Below the pieces are notes generated by a model. It was not told the DNA's origin and searched no databases. It saw only the letters and a list, made by a program, of their open reading frames with translations. Made by a program: the position numbers and the translations under genes. A stretch of DNA of 64,000 nt from assembly GCF_902459465.1 (NCBI RefSeq), contig NC_047069.1:16864001-16928000 (forward strand), given 5' to 3'. Each line of letters starts with the position of its first letter. The first letter of the stretch is position 1. Positions 23,557-35,900 of the stretch are shown in pieces. Source of the stretch: Asterias rubens. Lineage: Eukaryota.

Positions 23557-23922
23557 CTAGCTGGATGGACCGGGTTTATCTGTTCCCTTTCCTACACCAC
23601 CCCAAGCTCCGCTTGATCCTTTCTGTTCACCCTTAGTGTTGTCTGACTTGACAATCTTAACGCCTTCAGGTCCCACGGTAGTCTTAAAGATGTTCTTGAC
23701 ACTCAGATCATTTGGTTTGCTGATGATGGCAGCATGTTGCTGAGCTGCGGGTCTTGAGCCCCGTAGACTCTGTGCAATCATCTCTGATAAGCTCCTGCTT
23801 GTAATCTGCTGCTGCTGTTGCTGCTGCTGTTGCCGTTGTAGCTGTTGCCGTTGCTGCTGCTGCTGTATCTGCTGCTGCATTTGTTGCATGCGACTGTGAT
23901 ACATGAGCTGCTGTTGAATTTG
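23557..23922 (-). CDS. ATRX: ATRX last coding exon (polyQ tail)
   Basis: TCAG acceptor, CAG/CAA-rich Q tract, TAG at 23559-23557. Confidence 0.8.
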   Translation of the reverse strand, partial: QIQQQLMYHSRMQQMQQQIQQQQQRQQLQRQQQQQQQQQITSRSLSEMIAQSLRGSRPAAQQHAAIISKPNDLSVKNIFKTTVGPEGVKIVKSDNTKGEQKGSSGAWGGVGKGTDKPGPSS

Positions 23923-26900
23923 CTGATAAAGGAACGTACATGACAATAGCGTTGGTTAGCAAAATTGCTTATTTTAGGAATAAGAGTCATTGCTGACAAT
24001 ACAGTCTGAAACTTGAATCGGGATCATGGGAGGTATGTTAAAACGGTAACCCCTGGAGGTATAGAAGGATCATCTGAGAACAGTATCCTCAGCACTCGAC
24101 TAGAAAGTAGAATAAAGAGCAAGATTTATCTTAACTATAATTGCTTCTCTCCACCCAGGGGTAAATGGGTACCTGTGAGGGCAGAGATGGTTCTTGTGAT
24201 TGATTTAGCCGAGTAGCGCATATTAATGTTGCACAGGCTGCATACTCCCCACCAGGGAGCTGAGATGGTTTAAAGAGTGATTTAAGGCCCAGTGACCAGG
24301 GGTAATAATGTGAAGCGCTTTGGGACTCCCTTCGCTATATAAAAACGTGTTATTATTACCTTATCTGTTGTTGTCCACAAGTGACAAACGTGTGAACGTG
24401 TTTAAACTGTCATGACTTCGATGCCAAAAGTGTATTTATTTCTGGTAAGCTAATTTTTTTAATTAATGATACATTAAAGACTGGTTTCTTTGTTCATATT
24501 GCTGGATGAAAACTGTTTGCATGTGTGGTGAGCATTGTTGTACACACTGGCCTTGAACTACAAATCTTGCAGCCATTGGTGGTTACATTGGTGACAACGC
24601 TGGCTGCCATTTTCAACATATCGTTGTATCAGAACCAAAAAAGTTATCTCCTAAACGTTAAAGCCATTATACACTTTCGGCACAGAAAAAGAAAAAAAAG
24701 TTCACAGATTTACAAATAACTTACAGGGTTTACAGAAGGTAATGGTGAAAGACTTCTCTTGAAATATTATTCCATGAAATGGTTTACTTTTCGAGAAAAC
24801 ATTAAAACAATTATCAATTCTCGTTGTCGAGAATAGTTTGTTTTTTTTAAAACACATGTCATGACACGGTGAAACGTGCGGACATAAGGGTGGGTTTTCC
24901 CCGTTATTTTCTCCCGATGCCGATGACCGATTGAGCCTAAATTTTCACAGGTTTGTTATTTTTTGTTTTAGTTGTGATACACGAAGTGAGGGCCCTTGGA
25001 CAATACTGTTTACCGAAAGTGTCCAATGGCTTTAAGCGCAAGTTTGATATTGTTAAAACATTCGTCTCTCGCTTAAAATAGCACAAAATGTTTGCACTGA
25101 GGCAAGGATATTACTATGATGAAGAAAGAGACACTAATTGTATCTGATGAGGCATAAGACTTACTTGGTAGTTGCCTGATGATGATGCAGCTTGTAGTGC
25201 TAGACGTTGCATCATCGTACCACTATCCGCTCCAGCACCACCCATCTGCAACAACAAGATCAACAATTACTCAAAATGGATGACAGTTTCTTCTGTCTAT
25301 AGAGGGCCCACCTTAACTTGCTGGGCGTTACATTTTCAGAACACTTACACTGTCCGGGTACTTTTTCAAAATGTCCACAGATTTACATTAAACTTACAGG
25401 GTTTGAAGATAATACTAGTCGAAAGCTTCCCTTTAAATATTACTAACCGTGGTTGTGTAGTTTTTGAGAAATGAATAAAAAAAGCCACAAAATAATTTTT
25501 GTCTCGGGAAGACGAAAATTATTTTAGCATGTACAATCCAATTAACCAGTTCTGATATTATACCATAACAATAGCATAACTGGTTAATACGTTTTTACAA
25601 TGTACATGCTAAAACTAAGACAAAAATTATTTGTTTTACTCATTTCTCAAAAACTACTGAAGAAAAATTTCAAGGGAAGCTTTCTACTATCATTATCTTC
25701 AAACTGTGTAAGTTTAACGTAAATCTGTGGACATTGTGTTTTGTGTTAGGAAAAGGTACATATAGACTCTTTATGTTTAGACATCAGATGGACTGTGTAT
25801 TACTATCCTTAATGGATACCAGCTTATGTCTTTGGAAGGCAAAGTTCAAAGTTCAAAATCTTTAAATAAATTTAAAAAAATTACCAAATCGAGGTACTCT
25901 AATAATAATGGCTTCTTATAGAGCGCTCAAAGCGCTCAACACTCATGGGGCTCCAATATTATAAGAGCACTTAACCATACGGGCATCTCAAACTACTCGG
26001 TATTTGTCCTGCAAGGTATGTCATCTCAAACTACTCGGTATTTGTCCTGCAAGGTATGTCATCTCAAACTACTCGGTATTTGTCCTGCAAGGTATGTCAT
26101 CTCAAACTACTCGGTATTTGTCCTGCAAGGTATGTCAAGCTATGCTTTTGAAGTGTGCAACCTTTTTTTCTTGACATTGTGGCCCACATTACTTGGAAAG
26201 CACCGAGTATGTGCTTGCCATACTTTGGTAAAACTTAATCATATCTTAATAAGTGTAAACTATTTGACAACTATTTTTGATTCATCAAGCACTTGGGATT
26301 TAAACCCGATCATCGTCGTCACAACGCCTCATGTTTCAGAGAAATTAAAGTACTTTACCATGTTGATGACTGGTAGTGAATACTGCTGTTGCTGTTGGTT
26401 GCTTAGTAACCCCTGCATCGCATTCTGACCATCTGCCCCATAAAGTCCCTGAAATGACCAAGAAAAAAATAGAAAATAGAGTTAGAAATCCAAGCTCCAT
26501 TTGCAAATATTTCCACATTGCCGATTCGAGGCACCTCTACTGTTAACTTCCTCTGCAAATTCATCTTCTTAAACGATACTCCAAACATGAAAGCAAATCT
26601 CCTTTTGTTTCCTGCATGCGGTAAACCTTAGCTCAAATTCATCTTCTTAAACAATACTCAAAACATGAAAGCAAATCTCCTTTTGTTTCCTGCATGCGGT
26701 AAACCTTTCCAAGGAATCATGGATTGTGTGAGGATACATCTGTTTATTAAATCGTCGGGAGGTAACTGTAACTATCCTCAGCAAATATAGGAGGAACAAG
26801 TACATTCGGTGCAACAAAGTTTAACTAAAAAATTATAATAACTGCTTCATATCTCATGAAGAATGAAACTGACCCAACCCATCCAAAATCCCAATGTATT

Positions 26901-29900
26901 CTACTTACCACTAGCACTCATGAGAGGCAGGACGAATCTGACATACTCAAAATGATACCACAAGTAACGCAAGTAAACAAAAATTGTACATCAAAGTTTG
27001 CAACTATACTTTTGTGTGTGAGTATTCAATGTATGCATTTACCCCTTTATTTCTAGTTTGTTTAACTTTGTAAATTTGAATGGTGTAAGCCTTTTGGGTT
27101 TTTTTTTTTATTCAAATGAATATAAACCATGAATAACTATAGCACAAGTACCGCAAGTATTACTAGAAACGTAAGTGACTTTTTTTGTACATCAAAGTTT
27201 GCAACTATACTTTTGTGTTTACCCCTTTATTTCTAGTTTGTTTAACTTTGTAAATTTGAAAATGGTGTAAGCCTTTTGGGTTTTTTTTTTATTCAAATGA
27301 ATATAAACCATGAATAACTATAGCACAAGTACCGCAAGTATTACTAGTAATGCAGGTAACTTTTTTTGTACATCAAAGTTTGCAACTATACTTTTGTGTT
27401 TACCCCTTTATTTCTAGTTTGTTTAACTTTGTAAATTTGAAAATGGTGTAAGCCTTTTTTTTTTTATGTTTTTTTTATTCAAATGAATATAAACCATGAA
27501 TAACTATAGCACAGGTACCGAAGTATTTCTAGTGACATAGACAAGAATCAAACATAATATGAATTTGGTACCACAGAACATTTTGACAGTACTCTGTTCA
27601 CATAAATGCTATTGTGGAAAATAAAACTTCTCAAGCACAGCGTACTTTCATTGACTCATTACTGTACTTTAAAATTAAACTAAAAGGTGATTGATGTCAC
27701 AGACACAAAATGATAAAAAGAAAAGACTTAAAATATTGTCAGGCACAAGGTTGTTTCTCAGGGTAATCAAATGATTAAAGCATGTGCACAACGATGTGGA
27801 ACAGAAAGAGAACAAAATATATGCAGGAAAACTCAGAAGCTATCATATTAGAAATCAATCGTATCAGACAATGAGTTTAATTCTTTCCACGACTATTTTG
27901 GGGGTCACAGGCCAACAAACCAAGCAAAAACAAAGATGTACATGGATTTAACATCAAAGTGGCTCAAAGCACAACCACTCACACTATACCATGAAATGTT
28001 TTTTTCTGAGCAACATTTGTGGATTGTAAAAAGCAACCAATTATAAATTAAGCCCATGGTAGGGCTGGATTTTGAAGATTGTGCGTGCACAAAGTGACTT
28101 TTAATTTGTCATGCAATACACGTTCATCATGGTGCCACCATCTTGTTCTTAGTCCCTTATAAGGTAATGTCAATCCAATGGATGATATTGAATGGTCATA
28201 CAGTAGGAGGGTTAAGTAAACCAAGGATGCAACATGTGGAATGGAAAAATAGTCAGCCCCATTTCCTCTGTACACCAAGACTCTGTATTCATTATTGCTA
28301 CTTAACATAGGGAACAAGACAAAGATGGAAGCATCATAATATAAAGGTCTAGTGGGAGGGGAAGCAATATGCGTAAGTTCCTACCGGATTCATCCCAGAA
28401 TACCACATTTGCTGCAAAGGAAGTCAAAATCGGGCATCAGATTCAGAAGGAAATAAATATACTTGTACCATTCTACCTTCTTCAAAACCGTCCCCTATAT
28501 ACCTTTATCACGGTGTGGTCTTCTTGATTTTACTCTATTCCAACTCAAGTAACCAAACTAAGGCTGGACAAAATAATAGTCTGGTACCATGTGCGATGAA
28601 TGAAAGCATTCATAACTGTACTTGGAAACAGGGAACATAACCAAGATGGCGACAGCGTGAAAAAGGTCTATACTGCGTCTGGTCCATTTAAGGCTTTATC
28701 AGTATCAAACAATTCATTTAGTCAACCTCGTTCATTTCAGCAGTACCCAAAAAAAAATCAACCCCCGTATCCCCTACACAAACACATTCTTTCCCCAATC
28801 CCTAAACCAACAGGCCCAACAGAACCAGAGAATTACACCATAACAGTGACCCTTGACTGTGTGAAACACTTGAGACAGGATCTTAAAGTATTTCAGATTC
28901 TGCTAATCCTCCAGAATCCCATCTCGGCCCCATTTCATGGCTCTGCTTACCAAACAGTTTGCACTAATAATGGGGCCCTGCAAAGCATGTTTTTTTAATG
29001 GGCCATGGCAGGCATAAGTGCAGAATTTAGAGGTAGGCATCACCATGTTATTTGCTCCATATGAGAACAATAATTGTAATAACTTCACAATAGAGAAAAT
29101 ATTGCACAGCTTTTTTCCTTTCTATATTTTTCTGTACAAAAAAAGACTCAATACAGAAAGTCATTTTTTGATCATATCGTCTTTGTTAGCCAGGATGTGA
29201 AATAGCAGTTGAATTTAATAGTCGTAAACTATCTTGGTTTGAGAGACAATTCTGCTCATTCCATGGCTTGAAAACCTTGAACGGTTTCATTTTCTTTTTG
29301 AATTTGTTTGCTTTCACCGTTACCCATTTGTAGTTGTTGCAGCAAGAATATATGTCAGGTTTCACCTTATACTATTTGTTTCCATTCAAAATTAGTTGCA
29401 AATCTTAAATAAGACACATTTACATGTACACAAATAAGTTATTTTGCTATGTTTTATTTACAATAATATTGCCAAAAATAAATAATTTATATTAAAGTTT
29501 GTACTCCAAGCTTATTCCAATTCCATCATTCCCCCCAAGTTTCTAAGATGCTTCGTTTCTTCAACTCGTGATTGGCCCACTTAGAACACTTATTCAAAGC
29601 TTTTATCGTTCTACATTCAGAGTCTGTATACCAGTCTATGAAATCTGGATACTGCATTTTGGCCTGCTGGAAAATACAATGAATAAGGCTCTGATTCAGT
29701 TGCGGAATGGTGCAACGTTTATGATGCTCGTCTCTTGACATCCCAGTCACATTCTTTGAGGCCAGTTCTTCAAGGGGTACTTCTTGTTTCAGGAGGAACA
29801 CGCAAAGAAGTTTTCCCTTCTCAATATCCGAGGCGAACTGACATCGTTGTGTAACTTTACGCAGTATGGTTGTGTAATCAGCAATTCGCCGCACCATCTC

Positions 29901-32900
29901 CTCACTTCCACCCAGAAGATACGTTCCACTCAGCGGCCCCGCCAAAAAATTAACACATACAAAACAAACTAAGTAAGTAGTCAGGTCTTTTAGCGCACAA
30001 AACAAAAAGCAAAAAAGACAACTCTTATTTCGTTCGCTACACACTTTTATATACACAAAAGTTGTAAATTAAATTGGATCTCAATTTAGCTAACCTCAAG
30101 CACAATCTTCGCCATACTATTGACTTATTTTTTAAGCCAGAAACTGCCATCCCACCTCATTATACAACCATTCAGAAATAGTGATCTTTAGAAAGTTGCC
30201 TTCGAGTGCAATATGTTTACTTCTTATTGGTTGTAACAGAGTCTCATGGCTATTCCTGTCTACAATAAAAATAAAAATTGCCAACTGCAGACGGGGTAAG
30301 AGAAATCACGCAGCCCACACAGAAACAGCGTCCACGTTAGTAAACAAGCCACGCTCTCAGCTACTACTTTTGGTGATTTTCAGATTAGAATTAGAAATTA
30401 TTTTGTCTTCTGCAATTTTTTTATATACTTGGACACGCAAAACAAAGCAAAAATCCTCGCCAAAAATCACACATATTTGTAGGGTGTCATGGTCGAGTGG
30501 ATAAGAACACCGAACTCAAGCTCTGGTGCTTCTGTTCAGCAGCGTGTGGGTTTGAAACCCGGTCGTGACACTTATGTCCCTGAGCAAGACAATTGCTTCT
30601 CTCCACCCAGGGGTAAATGGGTACCTGTGAGGGCAGAGATGGTTCTTTTGATTGATTTAGCTGAGTAGCGCATATTTATGTTGCACAGTCTGTATACTCC
30701 CCAGGGGGAGCTGGGATGGTTTAAGGAATGATTTAAGGCACAGTGACCAGGGGTAATAATGTTGGAAGCGCTTTGAGACACGTGTGAAAAGTGCTTTATA
30801 AAAACAAGTTATTATTATTATTAACCGCCCTGGTAATGACTGGCCAAGAACATTTCAAGAATTCAGGCTTAGGAGAGTAATCCAGTTATATACCCATTGT
30901 ACCCATTGACACCCGCAACAAGACCTTGCGTCAAGTCATGCAAAATAAACTCTCAATCGTTGGACTGAAGCTTCTAATTGTTTGGACAGTAGATTACTTC
31001 TGAATCATTGCCAAAGCAGCCTTCAATGGACCAGACACCTAAACCAATCTCCGTCGCTAACTAGCTCTAAATGACTCCTACCCATCGCATACACCTCAAC
31101 CAACTGCAAGCAAACAGCTGTATCAGTGAATAACCGTTGTACATATATCTCTTCAAATTGCTCTTAAAATACGCACGAGTTTGAAATTATCAAAATGTAT
31201 CTTGCTTAAAATAGCCGGATGTACACACTAAACAAGTACACACCAAGATACGTTGTGGCACCGAGCATTTTCATGCCAGATACGACATTGTACGAATGAG
31301 AACAACTTTTTTGCACTGACCCAACAATACATAGCCCAATCATGCTCTTAAAATATGCAGGGATCAATGCCATCAATAGAGTCTAAAACTTAAATCCAGA
31401 TCTGATGATGTCATTAAATTGATGACATTTTTACTTTCCCATAACCCCTGGAGTAAAATACTCCGTGGAGCTTTTCGGAAACAGTTAAAAGCTAAAGAAA
31501 TAGATTACAGAGAGCATGACCCATTTCTACCTTGAAAACGATACAGAATTTAGTTTTAAACAATTGTGAAATCAGAACCGTCATGTCTCTTTCCTAAATT
31601 TCACATTCCACATTGAGCTCAGCACAACCCAGTACAACCCTTTCCTTGTCTCACCTATAACCCACAACCTAGCACAAACCCACTTCCCCATTGGTTTACC
31701 ACACCCTGAGCTCAGCACAACCCAGTACAACCCATTTCCTTGACTCACCTATAACCCACAACCTAGCACAAACCCACTTCCCCATTGGTTTACCACACCC
31801 TGAGCTCAGCACAACCCAGTACAACCCTTTCCTTGTCTCACCTATAACCCACAACCTAGCACAAACCCACTTCCCCATTGGTTTACCACACCCTGAGCTC
31901 AGCACAACCCAGTACAACCCTTTCCTTGTCTCACCTATAACCCACAACCCAGCACAAACCCACTTCCACATTGGTTTACCACACCCTGAGCCCAGCTCAA
32001 CCCAGTACAACCCATTCCTTGTCTCACCTATAACCCACAACCCAACACAAACCCACTTCCCCATTGGTTTACCACACCCTGAGCTCAGCACAACCCAGTA
32101 CAACCCATTCCTTGTCTCACCTATAACCCACAACCCAACACAAACCCACTTCCCCATTGGTTTACCACACCCTGAGCTCAGCACAACCCAGTACAACCCT
32201 TTCCTTGTCTCACCTATAACCCACAACCCAGCACAAACCCACTTCCCCATTGGTTTACCACACCCTGAGCTCAGCACAACCCAGTACAACCCTTTCCTTG
32301 TCTCACCTATAACCCACAACCTAGCACAAACCCACTTCCCCATTGGTTTACCACACCCTGAGCTCAGCACAACCCAGTACAACCCTTTCCTTGTCTCACC
32401 TATAACCCATAACCTAGCACAAACCCACTTCCCCATTGGTTTACCACACCCTGAGCTCAGCACAACCCAGTACAACCCTTTCCTTGTCTCACCTATAACC
32501 CACAACCTAGCACAAACCCACTTCCCCATTGGTTTACCACACCCTGAGCTCAGCACAACCCAGTACAACCCTTTCCTTGTCTCACCTATAACCCACAACC
32601 CAGCACAAACCCACTTCCCCATTGGTTTACCACACCCTGAGCTCAGCACAACCCAGTACAACCCTTTCCTTGTCTCACCTATAACCCACAACCCAACACA
32701 AACCCACTTCCCCATTGGTTTACCACACCCTGAGCCCAGCTCAACCCAGTACAACCCATTCCTTGTCTCACCTATAACCCACAACCCAACACAAACCCAC
32801 TTCCCCATTGGTTTACCACACCCTGAGCTCAGCACAACCCAGTACAACCCTTTCCTTGTCTCACCTATAACCCATAACCTAGCACAAACCCACTTCCCCA

Positions 32901-35900
32901 TTGGTTTACCACACCCTGAGCTCAGCACAACCCAGTACAACCCTTTCCTTGTCTCACCTATAACCCACAACCCAGCACAAACCCACTTCCCCATTGGTTT
33001 ACCACACCCTGAGCTCAGCACAACCCAGTACAACCCTTTCCTTGTCTCACCTATAACCCATAACCTAGCACAAACCCACTTCCCCATTGGTTTACCACAC
33101 CCTGAGCTCAGCACAACCCAGTACAACCCTTTCCTTGTCTCACCTATAACCCACAACCTAGCACAAACCCACTTCCCCATTGGTTTACCACACCCTGAGC
33201 TCAGCACAACCCAGTACAACCCTTTCCTTGTCTCACCTATAACCCACAACCCAGCACAAACCCACTTCCCCATTGGTTTACCACACCCTGAGCTCAGCAC
33301 AACCCAGTACAACCCTTTCCTTGTCTCACCTATAACCCACAACCTAGCACAAACCCACTTCCCCATTGGTTTACCACACCCTGAGCTCAGCACAACCCAG
33401 TACAACCCTTTCCTTGTCTCACCTATAACCCACAACCTAGCACAAACCCACTTCCCCATTGGTTTACCACACCCTGAGCTCAGCACAACCCAGTACAACC
33501 CATTTCCTTGACTCACCTGTAATTTAGCCAGTTCCTGTTGATTAATGCCTTGATTAAGAAGGAGACGTGGATCCAGAGCCATACGCATCCTACCCTCCTT
33601 CTCATCTTCATATTCCTTCCATGCATTCTTACGTTCCTCTTCGTTGAGTTCTTCTGACTCAATATTCTCTAGGAGTGAGTCATGCTCATGGTATTTAACG
33701 ATCCAGTTACCGCTGTGTTTGAGTAACTCAGCAAGGACATAGTCCTAGGGAGACAGATCATAATAAAACGTACTTTAGAATGGGTTTTGAGGCATTGGAA
33801 GGTGAGGTATCAATGTATACGTGGTTTGTGGTAACACAATAAGTAAATTTACTTGCTGGGTAGATTACATGTATGTTCTCAAGAGAACTTGACTTGCTTT
33901 ATTTTCTACTGCCACGGAGTAGATTTTTTCACAATTCAGGAGACTTCTCTACTGCCACCGAGTAGATTCTTCAGATTGCCCCATATTTCCAAGGCATACA
34001 CTCCAGGGGCACCTCAGGGAGTCATAGTTTTAACCATAGCACTCAAAGCAGTCAGTATTTGTTAACTGTTCAAAACGCTAAGTATTTGTTCTTTTTTCAG
34101 AACCACAACTATTTCAAAGAGGTTTCATCACACACTATTCCTCAGTCACTTATATCTTAGCACATCACAACTCTTGAAGAAAACTACAATGTAAATAAAT
34201 ATCATGATAGCAATTTTGTATGTAAATAATAAAAAGAAAGGAGTAAACAAACAAACAAACCTTGGGTAGCACAGGTGTTTCTCGTTCTGGCTTGTTGGGG
34301 TCATCAAGCCGATCAGGGGTGAAAGTGTAAAGGTCAGAGAGGTCAGCGGCAGTGAAATGCCGTTCAATCTGATGCTCATCCACCACACGGCAAGACAGAG
34401 ACTGTTTAGTTACCTAGATTCATCCAAAATAGCAACAAAACGTTATCGTCTTTTGAAGTCTAAATTATCATGCTTAATCATAGAAGGACCATTATTTTCA
34501 GGTTTTTTAAAAGATCTTTAAGGAACATTATCGAATTTATATTATAAAAAAAAATTCTAAGATCACAGATTTACATAAAACTTACACGGTCTAAATGATG
34601 ATTGGTAGTAGAAAACATCCCTTGAAATATTTCTGTCTAAAACGTCATATTTGATGAGAAACAAATAAAACTAACTTCCGTTTAGAATTTACCGCTCAGC
34701 AAGCATTTTATTCATTTTTTTCATTGTTAAAAATAGCAACAAATTTATCAGACCTCACTTCCAATTAAACAGTAAATGTTAAACCTACCAGTGCCCTGTT
34801 TGAAGCTACTTTATACATCTAAAGCTGTATCCTTTTTTTTTGTAATTGCAAATACAAATTCTAGAAACAATGACTGCAGTCAAAGCATACACACAGTCAA
34901 AGCTGAACTTGCACAACAGAGAATTTAAGGTCGCTTGGTGTATTGTAGCCAGGTTTTAAAAATTAGGCCAAAACATGATAATTTAGCCAGTTAAGATGGC
35001 CTAGGACACTGCTAGATTGATCATAAAATGATCATCACAAGCATGTTTTCTAAAACTCATATGTTTGTCCTGCAAACAATCAACCATTTGGGGTATATTG
35101 GTGGAAGCCACTGTGGGCCAACATTTGGAGTAAAGGTATAAAGATTAAATCTTTTATTAAAAAACTGGAGCATTTATTGTGAAAGTCTGGAATGATAATT
35201 TACCTGTCGCTCATAGATCTTCTCTTCCATTGACCCCTGAAACCAAAACAAGAACAAAATACAATCTGAGGTTCTGCATAGTCATTATATAATCAATTAT
35301 ATTTACAGGTGACACCATAAACAAAAACTATGCAATGGTTCTGAAAAAAAAAGAAGATCTTTTCATACTTGAGATTTTGTATCAATTTGACTAGGTCGCA
35401 TCCAACTTAAAGGCAGTGGACACTATTGGTAATTGTCAAAGACTAGCCTTCACAGTTGGTGTATCTCAACATATGCATAAAATAACAAACATGTGAAAAT
35501 TTGAGCTCAATCGGTCATCGAAGTTGCGAGATAATAATAAAAGAAAAATAACCCTTGTCACACGAAGTTGTGTGCGTTTAGATGGTTGATTTCGAGACCT
35601 CAAGTTCTAAACTTGAGGTCTCGAAATCAAATTTGTGGAAAATTACTTCTTTCTCGAAAACTATGGCACTTCAAAGGGAGCCGTTTCTCACAATATTTTA
35701 TACCATCAACCTCTCCCCATTACTCGTCACAAAGAATGGTTTTATGCCAATAATTATTTTGAGTAATTACCAATAGTGTCCACTGCCTTTAAAAGGTAGG
35801 GCCATATTTTGGTAATCGTGTTGAAAAAATGTTGAAAACGGTAGTGCGCATCCTGTAAAATTATTTTGTCTGAAATGCCCCCTGAGATTTTGAGGGTTAA

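Noticed and set aside
28385-28411. Tc1-like DDE motif VVFWDES in an alternative frame
   Set aside because: No surrounding transposase frame; better explained as the microexon in another frame
28951-28977. 27-nt in-frame exon GPIISANCL
   Set aside because: Its donor lies within the terminal sequence of a GGCC-type MITE and the acceptor is weak; probably cryptic
31691-33511. 606-aa plus-strand ORF of 31-aa repeats as a standalone gene
   Set aside because: A stop-free frame of a 93-bp (multiple of 3) minisatellite; TTG start and no gene context
31614-33516. CRISPR-like array
   Set aside because: Units are contiguous and near-identical with no unique spacers; eukaryotic intron, no cas genes. 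The same applies to the 38-bp and 50-bp arrays.
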